The notes: generated by a model not told the origin, from the letters alone. DNA of 55,583 bases from Rhodocyclaceae bacterium (GCA_030680085.1 JAUXWU010000012.1:1-55583); one strand, 5' to 3'. Shown: positions 37,588 to 50,511, counted from the first letter of the stretch. Made by a program: numbers and translations.

Positions 37588-38057
37588 TGAACCGTGCCGT
37601 AATCGATCTCTGGGTGGGCCTGTTTGTTGCGATGGGCTTGGCCGCGCTGTTGTTTTTAGGACTCAAGGCCGCCAATCTGGGTGCTACGGATATCGGGGAA
37701 ACATATTCCCTGCAGGCGCGCTTTGATAACATCGGCGGCCTGAAGGTGCGTGGGCCGGTGAAAAGTGCTGGTGTGGTGGTGGGGCGGGTCAGCGAGATTC
37801 GCTTCGACGCGGAGAGTTACACGGCGCTGGTGTCGATGCAGGTGGACAAGCGTTACCAGTTCCCGCGTGACACTTTCGCCACTATCAACACCTCGGGTTT
37901 GCTGGGCGAACAGTATGTGGGTTTCGAGGTCGGCGGCGATCCTGATATGCTCAAGGCTGGCGATGTATTGAAAAAGACGCAGTCGGCCGTGGTGCTGGAA
38001 AAATTGATCAGCCAGTTCATGTTCAACAAGGCATCCGGAGACGAAGGCAAGAAATAA
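37587..38057 (+). CDS. mlaD: Mla MCE-domain protein
   Basis: FDNIGGLK, GVVVGRV, TSGLLGEQY. Confidence 0.95.
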   Translation: MNRAVIDLWVGLFVAMGLAALLFLGLKAANLGATDIGETYSLQARFDNIGGLKVRGPVKSAGVVVGRVSEIRFDAESYTALVSMQVDKRYQFPRDTFATINTSGLLGEQYVGFEVGGDPDMLKAGDVLKKTQSAVVLEKLISQFMFNKASGDEGKK

Positions 38058-38786
38058 ATGGCACATGACATGAAACCAAAAAATATGGGCGCTCGCATCC
38101 GTTCGGTGGTGATCGTGGTTGCGCTGGCCGGGGCACTGGGCGGCTGCGCGACTTCGGGCAATCCCAAGGATCCCATCGAAGGCTTCAACCGCGCCATGTA
38201 TGGCTTCAACGAGGCGGTCGACACGGTGCTGATCAAGCCGGTCGCCAAGGGTTACGACGCCGTGCTGCCAACTCCCGTGCGGACGGGCGTCACGAACTTC
38301 TTCGGCAACATCGCCGACCTGTTCATCGGCGTGAATAACCTGTTGCAGGGCAAGCCCGATCAGGCGGTGAGCGATCTGGGGCGTGTGCTGATCAACAGCA
38401 CGATCGGCATTCTGGGCCTGTTTGACGTGGCGACCGAAGCGGGACTGGAAAAACACGAGGAAGATTTCGGCCAGACCTTCGGCCGCTGGGGCGTGGGTAA
38501 TGGCGCCTACGTGGTGCTGCCGATTTTCGGCCCGCGCACGGTACGCGATACCGCCGGTCTGGTGCTGGATGTGGCTGTCGATCCGCTGGCCAACATCGGT
38601 AATGTGCCGACGCGCAATACCCTGCTGGGGCTGCGCCTCATCGACACACGGGCGGATCTGTTGCCGGCCGACAAGGTGATCGAGGAAGCCGCGCTGGACA
38701 AGTATTCCTATGTTCGCGACGGTTATCTGCAGCGCCGCCGCAATTTGATTCATGACGGCAACCCGCCACGCGAATTGTTGGACTGA
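38058..38786 (+). CDS. mlaA: VacJ/MlaA lipoprotein
   Basis: LGGC lipobox, DPIEGFNR, EDFGQT, GPRTVRD; start 38058 or 38070. Confidence 0.95.
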   Translation: MAHDMKPKNMGARIRSVVIVVALAGALGGCATSGNPKDPIEGFNRAMYGFNEAVDTVLIKPVAKGYDAVLPTPVRTGVTNFFGNIADLFIGVNNLLQGKPDQAVSDLGRVLINSTIGILGLFDVATEAGLEKHEEDFGQTFGRWGVGNGAYVVLPIFGPRTVRDTAGLVLDVAVDPLANIGNVPTRNTLLGLRLIDTRADLLPADKVIEEAALDKYSYVRDGYLQRRRNLIHDGNPPRELLD

Positions 38787-38832
38787 GCTGCTGGACTGAT
38801 TTTTTGCACTATTTACCGACGAAAGAAGCAAG

Positions 38833-39459
38833 ATGAAGCGTTTGATTGGTCTGTTTGCGGCCCTGCTGTTTTCTGCCCCGCTGTTTGCCACAAATGTCGC
38901 GGCTAGCGACATTGCCCCCGATGTGTTGGTCAGAAATGTGACCAACGAAGTGCTGGACATCGTCCGCAAGGACAAGGATATCCAGGCGGGCAACACGAAA
39001 AAAACGCTGGATCTGGTGGAAGCCAAGGTGCTGCCGCATTTCAATTTCCAGCGCATGACCCAGTTGGCGCTGGGACGCGAGGGGCGGCAGGCGACGCCGG
39101 AGCAACTCAAGACGATCACCGGAGAGTTCCGCGATCTGCTGGTGCGCACCTATTCCAAGGCGCTCACCGAGTTTCGCGACCAGGAAATCTCTTTCAAGCC
39201 GTTCAAGATGGCGGCGACCGAAACCGATGTGAAAGTGCGCACCGAAATCAAGCAGACCGGCGGCAAACCGGCGCAGCTTGACTACTATCTTGAAAAAAAC
39301 GCGGCAGGCTGGAAGGTGTATGACATCGAGGTCGGCGGCATCAGCCTGGTGACCAACTATCGCAGCACGTTTGCCCAGGAAATTCGCGCTGGCGGCATCG
39401 ATGGTCTGATTCGCAGCCTGCAGGAAAAAAACAAAACCGCCGACGCCAAGGCAAAATGA
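38833..39459 (+). CDS. mlaC: Periplasmic phospholipid shuttle
   Basis: LLVRTYS, WKVYDIEV.GISLVTNYR. Confidence 0.93.
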   Translation: MKRLIGLFAALLFSAPLFATNVAASDIAPDVLVRNVTNEVLDIVRKDKDIQAGNTKKTLDLVEAKVLPHFNFQRMTQLALGREGRQATPEQLKTITGEFRDLLVRTYSKALTEFRDQEISFKPFKMAATETDVKVRTEIKQTGGKPAQLDYYLEKNAAGWKVYDIEVGGISLVTNYRSTFAQEIRAGGIDGLIRSLQEKNKTADAKAK

Positions 39460-39758
39460 GCCAGCAGATTCAGCGCGCCGGCGGCCGTTGGGCCGTCTCG
39501 GGAAACATGACGCTGGAAACCGCATCCGCGTTGCTGGCCGAGGGCGTGACGGCGATAGCCGAAACAGCGGCTGGCGGTGAAGCCGCGTTTGACCTGGCGG
39601 CGGTCGCCGATGTCGATTCTTCGGGTCTGGCCGTGCTGTTTGGCTGGCAGCGTGCCGCCAGCGCGGAGGGCAAGGCGCTACGGGTCGCCAATCCGCCGGC
39701 CAATTTAGTCAGTCTCGCAGAGGTCTACGGCGCCGCCGAGTTGCTGCCGTTGTCTTGA
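39456..39758 (+). CDS. mlaB: STAS-domain protein
   Basis: DLAAV..VDSSGLA; synteny. Confidence 0.9.
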   Translation: MSQQIQRAGGRWAVSGNMTLETASALLAEGVTAIAETAAGGEAAFDLAAVADVDSSGLAVLFGWQRAASAEGKALRVANPPANLVSLAEVYGAAELLPLS

Positions 39759-39799
39759 CCCTGCTGTTCCCGGCCTTGGCCGACTTGAGGACATAAAAA

Positions 39800-41348
<1,549 letters not shown>

Positions 41349-41352
41349 GCCC

Positions 41353-41988
41353 ATGATTACCATCGCGCTTTCCAAAGGACGTATCTTCGAGGAAACCCTG
41401 CCGCTCCTGGCCGCCGCCGGCATCGTGCCCCTTGAAAACCCCGAACAGTCGCGCAAGCTCATCATCGGCACCAGCCGACCCGATGTGCGAGTTGTTATCG
41501 TGCGCGCTTCCGACGTGCCGACCTATGTGCAATATGGCGCCGCCGATCTCGGCATCGCCGGCAAGGACGTCCTGATCGAGCATGGCGGCACTGGCCTCTA
41601 CCAGCCGCTCGACCTGAAAATTGCCCAATGCCGCATGTGCGTGGCTACCCCCGCCGGCTTCGATTATGTGGCAGCCGTGCGGCGCGGCGCCCGCCTGCGT
41701 GTCGCCACCAAGTACATCAACACCGCCCGCGAGCATTTTGCCGCCAAGGGCGTGCATGTCGATCTGATCAAACTCTACGGCTCGATGGAGCTTGCGCCGC
41801 TGGCTGGTCTGGCCGATGCCATCGTCGACCTGGTGTCCAGCGGCGGCACCTTGCGCGCCAACCATCTCGTCGAGGTCGAGGACATCATGCCGATCTCGTC
41901 GCGTCTGATCGTCAATCAGGCCAGCCTGAAAATGAAGCGCGGCACCTTGCAACCGGTCATTGACGCCATCGAAGGAGCCATTCAATGA
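41353..41988 (+). CDS. hisG: ATP phosphoribosyltransferase (short form)
   Basis: [30 protein letters not shown]. Confidence 0.97.
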   Translation: MITIALSKGRIFEETLPLLAAAGIVPLENPEQSRKLIIGTSRPDVRVVIVRASDVPTYVQYGAADLGIAGKDVLIEHGGTGLYQPLDLKIAQCRMCVATPAGFDYVAAVRRGARLRVATKYINTAREHFAAKGVHVDLIKLYGSMELAPLAGLADAIVDLVSSGGTLRANHLVEVEDIMPISSRLIVNQASLKMKRGTLQPVIDAIEGAIQ

Positions 41989-43277
41989 TCCGCCGCCTGT
42001 CCTCCCGCGATCCGGAATTTCTTGCCACGCTGGATGCGCTGCTCGCCTTCGACAACTCCACCGACGCAGCCATCGAGCAAACCGTCGCCGAGGTGCTCGC
42101 CAACGTGCGCAGACACGGGGACAGCGCCGTGCTCGACTACACGCGCCGCTTCGACCGGCTGGACGCGAAAGCGCTGGCCGAGCTCGAACTGCCGTTGGCC
42201 GAACTCGCCGCCGCCTACGCCAATCTGCCCAACGCGCAGCGCGAAGCCCTCCAGCAGGCCGCCGAACGCATCCGCATTTACCACGAACGGCAGAAGATCG
42301 AATCCTGGGAATACACCGAAGCCGATGGCACGCGCCTGGGCCAGAAGGTGACGGCGCTCGATCGCGTCGGCCTGTATGTGCCGGGCGGCAAGGCGGCCTA
42401 TCCGAGCTCGGTGTTGATGAACGCCATCCCGGCCAAGGTGGCGGGGGTCACGGAACTCATCATGGTGGTGCCGACGCCGGGCGGCGTGAAAAATGCGCTG
42501 GTGCTGGCAGCCGCCCACCTGGCCGGCGTCGACCGCGTGTTCACGATCGGTGGTGCGCAGGCGGTGGCAGCCCTCGCTTATGGCACGCAGACCATTCCGC
42601 AGGTCGACAAAATCGTCGGCCCGGGCAACGCCTATGTCGCCAGCGCCAAGCGCCGTGTCTTCGGCACCGTGGGCATCGACATGGTGGCCGGCCCCTCCGA
42701 AGTGCTGGTGATCGCCGACGGTTCCGGCGACCCGGACTGGACCGCCATCGACCTGTTTGCCCAGGCCGAACACGACGAGCTGGCGCAGGCCATCTTGCTC
42801 TGTCCCGATGCCGCTTACCTCGACCGCGTTGCCGCCAGCATAGAGAAACTGTTGCCGACCATGCCGCGCAAAGAAGTGATTGCCGCCTCGCTCGGCGGAC
42901 GCGGCGCCCTGATCCAGGTCACCGATCTGGCCGAGGCCTGCACCATCGCCAATCGCATCGCCCCCGAGCACCTCGAACTCTCCGTCGAAAATCCGCGCGC
43001 CCTGCTCGACCAGATCCGCCACGCCGGTGCGATCTTCATGGGCCACTATTGCTCCGAATCGCTGGGCGACTACTGCGCCGGCCCGAATCATGTGTTGCCG
43101 ACCTCGCGCAGCGCGCGTTTCTCATCGCCGCTGGGTGTTTATGACTTCCAGAAGCGCACCAGCCTGATCGAGGTCTCGGAAGCCGGCGCCCAGACGCTCG
43201 GCCCCATCGCCGCCACGCTTGCGCATGGCGAAGGCTTGACGGCGCACGCCCGCGCGGCGGAGCTGCGTATCAAGTGA
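41985..43277 (+). CDS. hisD: Histidinol dehydrogenase
   Basis: [31 protein letters not shown]. Confidence 0.97.
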   Translation: MIRRLSSRDPEFLATLDALLAFDNSTDAAIEQTVAEVLANVRRHGDSAVLDYTRRFDRLDAKALAELELPLAELAAAYANLPNAQREALQQAAERIRIYHERQKIESWEYTEADGTRLGQKVTALDRVGLYVPGGKAAYPSSVLMNAIPAKVAGVTELIMVVPTPGGVKNALVLAAAHLAGVDRVFTIGGAQAVAALAYGTQTIPQVDKIVGPGNAYVASAKRRVFGTVGIDMVAGPSEVLVIADGSGDPDWTAIDLFAQAEHDELAQAILLCPDAAYLDRVAASIEKLLPTMPRKEVIAASLGGRGALIQVTDLAEACTIANRIAPEHLELSVENPRALLDQIRHAGAIFMGHYCSESLGDYCAGPNHVLPTSRSARFSSPLGVYDFQKRTSLIEVSEAGAQTLGPIAATLAHGEGLTAHARAAELRIK

Positions 43278-43332
43278 TGCGGCTGATCACCCCGGCTCGT
43301 CCGGCTTGGATGCGGAACCCGCAACGACGTCG

Positions 43333-43764
43333 TCACCCGTCAATATTGAAGCGGCGAAAGAACTGCTCTGCGCTGAGGATCGGGCACACCAATTGGCCGG
43401 CAAGACTGAGCAGATCCTTGTCGCCGGTCACCAGGGTATCGGCCTTTCCCGCCAGCGCCAGTTCCAGAAAGATTACGTCGAATGCATCCCTACAGGGCGG
43501 CGTCGCCGGCGGCACCGCAGGAATGCGCACGGTCTTGCAGTAGGGAAGGTAGTCCGCCAGCAGTTCTTCCTGCTCATGTGCGGCCAGCTTGAACTTCGGG
43601 TAGGCCAGGGTACGGATCAACTCGGCGGCCGTGGCGCGCGACACCAGTGGCAGCACCCGCTGAGCCTGCCATGCCAGCCGCAGGGGCGCGAGCCGACCAC
43701 CCGCGAACACCAGTGCCGACAACACCAGATTGGTGTCGATCACCACCCGCGGCGGACGCTTCAT
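43333..43764 (-). CDS. PIN-domain (VapC-like) toxin
   Basis: VVIDTN, CRD..D..FLELA, LVTGDKDL; ATGA-coupled to the antitoxin. Confidence 0.9.
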   Translation of the reverse strand: MKRPPRVVIDTNLVLSALVFAGGRLAPLRLAWQAQRVLPLVSRATAAELIRTLAYPKFKLAAHEQEELLADYLPYCKTVRIPAVPPATPPCRDAFDVIFLELALAGKADTLVTGDKDLLSLAGQLVCPILSAEQFFRRFNIDG

Positions 43765-44009
43765 TTCTTGCGCGCAGGCTTGGCGGACGACGCCTGCCGC
43801 GCCCATGCAACAGCATCGGCAACGTCTTGTTCCTGCAGGTCAAGTTCAGCAAGCTTGGCGCGCACCGCAGCGCCGCGCTGGATGCGTACCGGCGTCAGCA
43901 CGATGCGGCCATTGCTGGCTTCGACATCAAAGTATTCCGCCGCACCGAGAGCGGCAGTGATGCTCTTTGGCAGGGTCAGCTGGTTCTTCGAGGTAAGTTT
44001 GGCAAGCAT
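43761..44009 (-). CDS. AbrB/MazE-family antitoxin
   Basis: AKLTSKNQLTLPK, GRIVLTP. Confidence 0.9.
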   Translation of the reverse strand: MLAKLTSKNQLTLPKSITAALGAAEYFDVEASNGRIVLTPVRIQRGAAVRAKLAELDLQEQDVADAVAWARQASSAKPARKK

Positions 44010-44026
44010 GGCGGTGGCTGATCAGG

Positions 44027-44047
44027 AAAGTAAGAAATTCTTACTTT
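44027..44047. promoter_or_regulatory. Perfect palindromic operator upstream of the AbrB-PIN pair
   Basis: aaagtaagaa-a-ttcttacttt. Confidence 0.75.
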
Positions 44048-44111
44048 ACGCCACGCAGGCGGAGTCGTCCAGTGCTCCGGGCAAACAGCTCAACACCCTG
44101 AACGAGTTCCA

Positions 44112-44157
44112 TTGACACTGTAATCGCACTGATTACAATGCATGGCTATTGATTACA
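44112..44157 (+). promoter_or_regulatory. Sigma70 promoter and operator of higBA
   Basis: TTGACA-N16-TACAAT overlapped by tgtaatc-N5-gattaca; a further gattaca at 44151-44157. Confidence 0.8.
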
Positions 44158-44164
44158 CAGCGCC

Positions 44165-44443
44165 ATGATTCTGACATTCAAACACCGGGGTCTTGAACGG
44201 TTCTTCAGGAAGGGCGACCACCGCGGTATTCTGGCCAGAAGCGCGGCCAGGATCGAGCGTTTGCTCGACCGCCTGGATACCGCCGTGAAGCCTGAAGACA
44301 TGAGCATTCCCGGCTACAAGTTCCACCGGTTGACGGGTGCCCGCAAGGACACCTGCGCCGTGACGGTGACCGGAAACTGGCGCATCACCTTTCGCTTCGA
44401 TGGCGCAGACGCAAGCGAAGTTGACTTGGAGGACTATCACTGA
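44165..44443 (+). CDS. higB: HigB (RelE-like) toxin
   Basis: MI.TFKHRGLERFF, H.LTG, VTGNWRITFRF, DLEDYH. Confidence 0.92.
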   Translation: MILTFKHRGLERFFRKGDHRGILARSAARIERLLDRLDTAVKPEDMSIPGYKFHRLTGARKDTCAVTVTGNWRITFRFDGADASEVDLEDYH

Positions 44444-44760
44444 TGAAAACCTTGCGCGACCCGAAACGTCGACCGACGCATCCCGGCGCGATCTTGCGTG
44501 AAGATGTGCTGCCCGCGCTCGCAATGACCCAGACCGAGTTCGCCCAACGCCTCGGCGTGTCGCGGCTCTCGGTGTCCGATCTACTGCACGAGAAGCGCGC
44601 CATGACGCCAGAGATGGCGGCGCGCGTCGGCAAGCTGCTTAATACGACGCCGGAGAGTTGGCTGCGCATGCAGGAAGCCGTCGATCTGTGGACGGTGCAG
44701 CAGACTCCGGAAAAGTTCTCCGGCATCAAGCCAATCGAGGCTGAACTGCTGGCTGCTTAA
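44443..44760 (+). CDS. higA: HigA antitoxin
   Basis: PTHPGAILRED, HTH, TPEMA, ESWLRMQ. Confidence 0.92.
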   Translation: MKTLRDPKRRPTHPGAILREDVLPALAMTQTEFAQRLGVSRLSVSDLLHEKRAMTPEMAARVGKLLNTTPESWLRMQEAVDLWTVQQTPEKFSGIKPIEAELLAA

Positions 44761-44785
44761 AACATTGTGGGAAAGGGGCCTGCCG

Positions 44786-45871
44786 CTAGCGGCAGCCTGA
44801 AGCGCCGACGATTTCCCGCAGCGCGGCCACCAGTGCCGCGCACTGCTCATCGGTGCCGACGGTAATCCGCAAAAACTGTTCGATGCGCGGCAACTTGAAA
44901 TGTCGCACGATGATGCCGCGCTGCCGTAGTGCCAGCGCCGACTTTTCGGCGTCGTGTCGGGGGTGACGGGCAAACACGAAATTGGCGGCGGAGGGCAGCA
45001 CCTCGAAACCGAGTGCTTCCAGTTCGCGCGTCAGTGTTGTGCGGGTGCGGATCACGGCCTGGCGAGTGTGCTCGAACCATTCCCGATCAAGGATGGCGGC
45101 GGTGGCGCCGACACTGGCCAGACGGTCGAGCGGGTAGGAGTTGAAGCTGTTCTTCACGCGCTGCAAGGCGTCGATCAGGTCGGGATGGCCGATGGCGAAA
45201 CCGACGCGCAGGCCGGCGAGCGAACGCGACTTCGAGAAGGTCTGCACCACCAGTAGATTGGGATAACGATTCACCAGCGCCACGGCCGACTCACCGCCGA
45301 AGTCGATGTAGGCCTCGTCGACGACCGCAACCGAATCCGGGTTGGCCTGCAACAGGACTTCGATGTCGGCCAGCGGCAGCGCGCGGCCGGTCGGCGCGTT
45401 GGGATTGGGGAAGATGATGCCGCCCACGCCACCATTTTGTTGGGCGTAATCGGCCACCCGAATGCCGAAGTTCGCGTCGAGCGGCACGGTTTGATAGGCG
45501 ACGTCGTAGAGTCGGCAATAGACCGGATAGAAGCTGTAGGAGATATCCGGGAACAGGATCGGCTGGTCGTGCTTCAGCAGCGCCAGGAATGCATGGGCCA
45601 GCACCTCGTCCGAGCCGTTGCCGACAAAGACCTGTTGCGGTTCGATGTTGCCGAAGAAGGCAGCGATGGCTTGCCGTAACTGCGTGCTTTCCGGATCGGG
45701 ATAGAGTCTCAGGCTGTCGCCGGTCGCGTTGCGTATGGCTTCAAGCGCTAGCGGACTCGGGCCATAGGGATTCTCGTTGGTGTTGAGCTTGACGAGATTT
45801 GGCAGCTTGGGTTGCTCGCCCGGGACATAGGGCTGCAATGTTCGTGTGGTTGTGCTCCAGAATCGGCTCAT
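44786..45871 (-). CDS. hisC: Histidinol-phosphate aminotransferase, inverted relative to the other his genes
   Basis: [41 protein letters not shown]. Confidence 0.95.
   Translation of the reverse strand: MSRFWSTTTRTLQPYVPGEQPKLPNLVKLNTNENPYGPSPLALEAIRNATGDSLRLYPDPESTQLRQAIAAFFGNIEPQQVFVGNGSDEVLAHAFLALLKHDQPILFPDISYSFYPVYCRLYDVAYQTVPLDANFGIRVADYAQQNGGVGGIIFPNPNAPTGRALPLADIEVLLQANPDSVAVVDEAYIDFGGESAVALVNRYPNLLVVQTFSKSRSLAGLRVGFAIGHPDLIDALQRVKNSFNSYPLDRLASVGATAAILDREWFEHTRQAVIRTRTTLTRELEALGFEVLPSAANFVFARHPRHDAEKSALALRQRGIIVRHFKLPRIEQFLRITVGTDEQCAALVAALREIVGASGCR
44923..44946 (-). repeat. Dispersed motif copy 12, in hisC (KSALALR frame)
   Basis: gccgtagtgccagcgccgactttt. Confidence 0.85.
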
Positions 45872-45957
45872 GGCGGGAGTGTCAAAGCGGGTTACGCAGA
45901 ATTCAAAATGGTATCATGCAGCGGATTGCAACCCTTGGATGCGTACCGCAAACACCG

Positions 45958-46569
45958 ATGGCTACTCCGCTCAGCACAGCCCTTCGCACCGCCGACGTCA
46001 ACCGGACCACGCTGGAAACCCAGGTTCGCGTCAAGCTTGATCTGGCCGGCACCGGCAAGTCGCAACTGAATACCGGCATCGGTTTCTTCGATCACATGCT
46101 CGATCAGATTGCCCGGCATGGCTTGATCGATCTGCAAGTCGATGCGCGCGGCGACCTGCACATCGACGCGCACCACACCGTCGAGGATGTCGGCATTACG
46201 CTGGGTCAGGCGCTGGCCCAGGCCTTGGGCGACAAGAAGGGTCTCACCCGTTATGGCAGCGCCTATGTGCCGCTCGATGAGGCGCTGTCCCGGGTCGTGA
46301 TCGACCTTTCCGGTCGGCCCGGCTTGTCGTTCAATGTCGATTTCACCCGTGCCCGCATTGGCGAGTTCGATGTCGACCTGTTCCGCGAGTTTTTCCAGGC
46401 GGTGGTCAATCATGCCGCCATCACGGTGCATATCGACAATCTGCGTGGCGACAACGCACACCACCAGGCCGAAACCGTGTTCAAGGCGTTTGCCCGGGCA
46501 TTGCGCATGGCGATCGCCAGCGACCCCCGCGTCGGCGATGCCGTGCCTTCAACCAAGGGCAGTCTCTAA
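45958..46569 (+). CDS. hisB: Imidazoleglycerol-phosphate dehydratase
   Basis: [24 protein letters not shown]. Confidence 0.97.
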   Translation: MATPLSTALRTADVNRTTLETQVRVKLDLAGTGKSQLNTGIGFFDHMLDQIARHGLIDLQVDARGDLHIDAHHTVEDVGITLGQALAQALGDKKGLTRYGSAYVPLDEALSRVVIDLSGRPGLSFNVDFTRARIGEFDVDLFREFFQAVVNHAAITVHIDNLRGDNAHHQAETVFKAFARALRMAIASDPRVGDAVPSTKGSL

Positions 46570-46589
46570 GCCCCCAGGCGGTTTTCCAG

Positions 46590-47228
46590 ATGAAGACAGT
46601 TGCGATCGTCGATTACGGCATGGGCAATCTGCGTTCGGTGGCCAAGGCCATCGAGCATGTCGCGCCCGATCATCAGGTGATAGTCACTGCCGATCCGGCG
46701 GTGCTGGCCGCTGCCGGGCGGATTATCGTGCCCGGCCAGGGCGCAATGCCTGACTGCATGCGCGAACTCAAGGCATGCGGCTTGGCAGAGGCCGTCGTGA
46801 CGGCCGCGGCGACCAAGCCTTTTCTGGGCATCTGCATCGGTCTGCAAATGCTCTTCGAGCACAGTGATGAAGGCGCTGTCGCCGGCCTGGGAATCTTTCC
46901 CGGCCAGGTGCGACGGTTCCCCAGTGACGCCATGCATGATGCCGCCGGTGTACCGCTCAAGGTGCCGCACATGGGCTGGAACGAGGTGTGGCAGGCTGCG
47001 GCGCACCCGCTCTGGAAAGGCATCGCCGACGGCGAACGCTTTTATTTCGTGCATAGCTATTATGTCGAACCGGCGACGCCCGACCTGATCGCCGGATCGA
47101 CGCTGTATGGGCCTGCCTTTACCAGTGCGGTGGCCCGCGCTAACATCTTTGCCGTCCAGTTCCATCCCGAAAAAAGCGCGGCGGTCGGTCTCCGGCTGCT
47201 CGACAATTTCATGCACTGGCAACCTTAG
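46590..47228 (+). CDS. hisH: IGP synthase glutaminase subunit
   Basis: DYGMGNL, GICIG, QFHPEKS. Confidence 0.97.
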   Translation: MKTVAIVDYGMGNLRSVAKAIEHVAPDHQVIVTADPAVLAAAGRIIVPGQGAMPDCMRELKACGLAEAVVTAAATKPFLGICIGLQMLFEHSDEGAVAGLGIFPGQVRRFPSDAMHDAAGVPLKVPHMGWNEVWQAAAHPLWKGIADGERFYFVHSYYVEPATPDLIAGSTLYGPAFTSAVARANIFAVQFHPEKSAAVGLRLLDNFMHWQP

Positions 47229-47267
47229 AATTTTCCTACCCAACCTCCCTGACTAAGACCGGCTACC

Positions 47268-48002
47268 ATGCTTCTGATCCCTGCGATTGACCTGAAAGAT
47301 GGGCATTGTGTGCGCCTCAAACAAGGCGTGATGGACGATGCCACGGTGTTTTCCGAAAATCCCGGCGCCATGGCGCGCCACTGGATCGAGCAGGGCGCGC
47401 GCCGCCTGCACCTGGTCGACCTGAATGGCGCCTTCGCCGGCAAGCCAAAAAACGAGTCGGCGATCAAGGCGATTTTGCAGGAGGTCGGTACCGAAATTCC
47501 GGTGCAACTGGGCGGCGGGATTCGCGACCTCGACACCATCGAGCGCTGCCTTGACGACGGCATCAGCTACGTCATCATCGGCACGGCGGCGGTCAAGAAC
47601 CCCGGCTTCCTGCATGATGCCTGCACGGCGTTCCCCGGCCACATCATCGTCGGGCTGGATGCCAGGGATGGCAAGGTGGCGGTTGATGGCTGGTCGAAGA
47701 TGACCGGCCACGACGTTGTCGACCTGGCGAAAAAGTTCGAAGATTACGGCGTCGAAGGCGTGATCTATACCGACATCGGACGCGATGGCATGCTCTCGGG
47801 CGTGAATGTGGCGGCGACCGTGAAGCTCGCGCAGGCATTGCGCATCCCCGTCATCGCCAGCGGCGGCATCGCCAGCCTGGATGACGTCAAGGCGCTGTGC
47901 GCCGTGGCCGACGAAGGCATCATGGGCGCCATCACCGGCCGCGCCATCTACGAAGGCCTGCTCGATTTCCGCATGGCGCAGGCCGAAGCGGACAAATGCT
48001 AG
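47268..48002 (+). CDS. hisA: ProFAR isomerase
   Basis: IPAIDL, GGGIR, TDIGRDG. Confidence 0.97.
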   Translation: MLLIPAIDLKDGHCVRLKQGVMDDATVFSENPGAMARHWIEQGARRLHLVDLNGAFAGKPKNESAIKAILQEVGTEIPVQLGGGIRDLDTIERCLDDGISYVIIGTAAVKNPGFLHDACTAFPGHIIVGLDARDGKVAVDGWSKMTGHDVVDLAKKFEDYGVEGVIYTDIGRDGMLSGVNVAATVKLAQALRIPVIASGGIASLDDVKALCAVADEGIMGAITGRAIYEGLLDFRMAQAEADKC

Positions 48003-48754
48003 CCAAACGCATCATTCCCTGCCTCGACGTCAAGGCCGGCCGCGTCGTCAAGGGCGTCAATTTCGTGAGTTTGCGCGATGCCGGCGATCCGGTCGAAATC
48101 GCGCGTCGTTACGACGAGCAGGGCGCCGACGAGATCACCTTTCTCGACATCACCGCCAGCTCCGATGACCGCGACATCATCCTGCACATCGTCGAGGCGG
48201 TCGCCTCCGAGGTGTTCATTCCGCTGACCGTCGGCGGCGGTGTGCGCAAGGTCGAGGATGTGCGCCGTCTCCTGAATGCCGGCGCCGACAAGGTCGGCAT
48301 GAATACCGCCGCCGTGCAGAATCCGCAACTGGTGGCCGATGCGGCCGCCAAGGTGGGCAGCCAGTGCATCGTCGTCGCCATCGACGCCAAACAGACCAGC
48401 CCCGGCAAATGGGAGGTTTTCACCCACGGCGGGCGCAACAACATGCATATCGATGCCATCGACTGGGCGCGGCAGGTTGCCGCGCTGGGGGCGGGCGAAA
48501 TCCTGCTGACCAGCATGGATCGCGATGGTACCAAGAACGGTTTTGACCTTGGCCTGACGCGGGCGGTGGCCGATGCCGTGGCGATTCCGGTCATCGCCAG
48601 CGGCGGGGTCGGCAATCTCCAGCACCTGGCCGACGGCGTGACCCAGGGCCGCGCCGATGCCGTGCTGGCGGCGAGTATTTTTCATTACGGCGAGTACACC
48701 GTGCGACAGGCCAAGGAATTCATGCGTGCACAGGGAATCGAAGTCAGACTATGA
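47996..48754 (+). CDS. hisF: IGP synthase cyclase subunit
   Basis: [26 protein letters not shown]. Confidence 0.97.
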   Translation: MLAKRIIPCLDVKAGRVVKGVNFVSLRDAGDPVEIARRYDEQGADEITFLDITASSDDRDIILHIVEAVASEVFIPLTVGGGVRKVEDVRRLLNAGADKVGMNTAAVQNPQLVADAAAKVGSQCIVVAIDAKQTSPGKWEVFTHGGRNNMHIDAIDWARQVAALGAGEILLTSMDRDGTKNGFDLGLTRAVADAVAIPVIASGGVGNLQHLADGVTQGRADAVLAASIFHYGEYTVRQAKEFMRAQGIEVRL

Positions 48755-49134
48755 CAAAGTGGTTAAACGAAGTGAAGTGGGACGAGCAGGGCCTGGTCCC
48801 GGCGATTGCCCAGGATGCAGAGACCGGCGCGGTGTTGATGTTCGCCTGGATGAATCGCGAGGCGCTGGAAAAGACCGCGCAACTCGGCGAGGCGGTTTAC
48901 TGGTCGCGATCACGCAGAAAACTCTGGCACAAGGGCGAAGAATCCGGCCATACGCAAAAAGTCCTCGAAATCCGCACCGATTGCGACAGCGACGTCGTGC
49001 TGCTCAAGATCGAACAGACCGGCGGCATTGCCTGCCACACCGGGCGCCGCAGTTGTTTTTTCCACAAACTTGAAAAAGGCTGCTGGCAGGATGTCGAGCC
49101 GGTCTTGAAAGACCCCAAGGAAATCTACAAATGA
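48751..49134 (+). CDS. hisI: Phosphoribosyl-AMP cyclohydrolase
   Basis: [27 protein letters not shown]. Confidence 0.97.
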   Translation: MTKWLNEVKWDEQGLVPAIAQDAETGAVLMFAWMNREALEKTAQLGEAVYWSRSRRKLWHKGEESGHTQKVLEIRTDCDSDVVLLKIEQTGGIACHTGRRSCFFHKLEKGCWQDVEPVLKDPKEIYK

Positions 49135-49454
49135 TTGATCTCGAAGTCATCCGGCGCATTCAGGAAACCCTGATCGAACGCAAGGGCGCGGCGCCCGGAT
49201 CCTCCTATGTCGCCAGTCTGTATGCGAAGGGCACCGACACCATGTGCAAGAAAGTGGCCGAAGAGGCTGCCGAAGTCATCATGGCGGCGAAGGACGGCGA
49301 CCGGCTGCATCTGGTGCGCGAAACCTGCGACCTGTGGTTTCACAGCCTCGTGCTGCTGACCCATTTTGACATCGGCGTCGATGACATCATGGTCGAATTC
49401 CGCCGTCGCGAGGGGATTTCCGGGATTGACGAGAAAGCTAGCCGGGGGAAGTGA
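49131..49454 (+). CDS. hisE: Phosphoribosyl-ATP pyrophosphatase
   Basis: [20 protein letters not shown]. Confidence 0.96.
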   Translation: MIDLEVIRRIQETLIERKGAAPGSSYVASLYAKGTDTMCKKVAEEAAEVIMAAKDGDRLHLVRETCDLWFHSLVLLTHFDIGVDDIMVEFRRREGISGIDEKASRGK

Positions 49455-49455
49455 A

Positions 49456-49806
49456 ATGAGCGACTGCATTTTCTGCAAGATCGTGCGCGGGGAGATTCCC
49501 TGCAAGAAAGTTTACGAAGATGACGATATCTTTGCCTTTCACGATATCAATCCGCTGACCCCGGTGCATTTCATGGTCATTCCGAAACAGCACATCGCTT
49601 CGCTGGCCGAGGCCGATGCCAGTCATGCGGCCGTGCTGGGCAAGCTGTTCGCCAAACTGGGCGAACTGGCGAAAAGTCAGGGGCTGACGGATGGCTTTCG
49701 CACCATCATCAACACCGGTCGGGTCGGGCGGCAGGAGGTGTATCATCTCCACGTCCATATCGTTGGCGGGCCCGAGCAACTCGGCCCCATGTTGCCGCGC
49801 AAATAA
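49456..49806 (+). CDS. Histidine triad (HIT) nucleotide-binding protein
   Basis: DCIFCKI, HLHVH. Confidence 0.95.
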   Translation: MSDCIFCKIVRGEIPCKKVYEDDDIFAFHDINPLTPVHFMVIPKQHIASLAEADASHAAVLGKLFAKLGELAKSQGLTDGFRTIINTGRVGRQEVYHLHVHIVGGPEQLGPMLPRK

Positions 49807-49822
49807 ATTCTAGGAGATTCTG

Positions 49823-50068
49823 ATGGGTGCATGGAGTATTTGGCATTGGCTGGTCGTGCTGGTCATCGTGATGCTGGTTTTCGGGACCAAGAAACTGCGC
49901 AATATCGGCCAGGATCTGGGTGGCGCGGTCAAGGATTTCAAAGACGGCATGAATACCGGCGCGGCGTCGGGCACGCCGCCCGCATCGACTACGGCGACCA
50001 AGCAGGTCGAGGGTCAGACGGGTAACACCGTCGAGGGCGAGGCTCGCAAGGAGCAGACAAAGTCCTGA
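49823..50068 (+). CDS. tatA: Tat translocase TatA
   Basis: SIWHWL, FGTKKL, DLG. Confidence 0.96.
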   Translation: MGAWSIWHWLVVLVIVMLVFGTKKLRNIGQDLGGAVKDFKDGMNTGAASGTPPASTTATKQVEGQTGNTVEGEARKEQTKS

Positions 50069-50084
50069 CGTCGCGCATTTACAT

Positions 50085-50107
50085 GCCGTCCCGCCAGCGC
50101 CGACTTT
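50085..50107 (-). repeat. Dispersed motif copy 13, between tatA and tatB
   Basis: (at)gccgtcccgccagcgccgacttt. Confidence 0.92.
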
Positions 50108-50121
50108 CATAATTTTCCGAC

Positions 50122-50511
50122 GTGTTCGATATCGGTTTCACCGAGTTGATGGTGATCGCCCTGGTCGGGTTGATCGTCATCGGACCCGAGCGCATGCCCA
50201 AGGTGGCGCGCACGGTCGGGCATCTGCTGGGACGCCTGCAACGCTATGTCGGTGACGTCAAGGCGGATATCAAACGCGAAATGCAGATCGAAGAACTGAA
50301 AAAGCTGCAATCCGAGATGTCGGCACAGGTGCACGACATGGAAAGCCAGGTTAATGAACAGATGAAAGCGACCGAGGCCTCGCTCAATCAGTCGATTCTG
50401 CCGTCGGCTGACACGACTTCAGCGACTGCCGATAGTGCGATTGCCGACACCCCGGCACCGGCGGAAACTGCCATCAGCCCACCCACCGACAGACCGCCCC
50501 CTGCCGCCTGA
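50122..50511 (+). CDS. tatB: Tat translocase TatB
   Basis: MFDIGFTEL, GPERMP. Confidence 0.96.
   Translation: MFDIGFTELMVIALVGLIVIGPERMPKVARTVGHLLGRLQRYVGDVKADIKREMQIEELKKLQSEMSAQVHDMESQVNEQMKATEASLNQSILPSADTTSATADSAIADTPAPAETAISPPTDRPPPAA

Noticed and set aside
43333-44760. TA pairs as part of a prophage or integrative element
   Set aside because: No integrase, transposase, tRNA or flanking direct repeats are visible.
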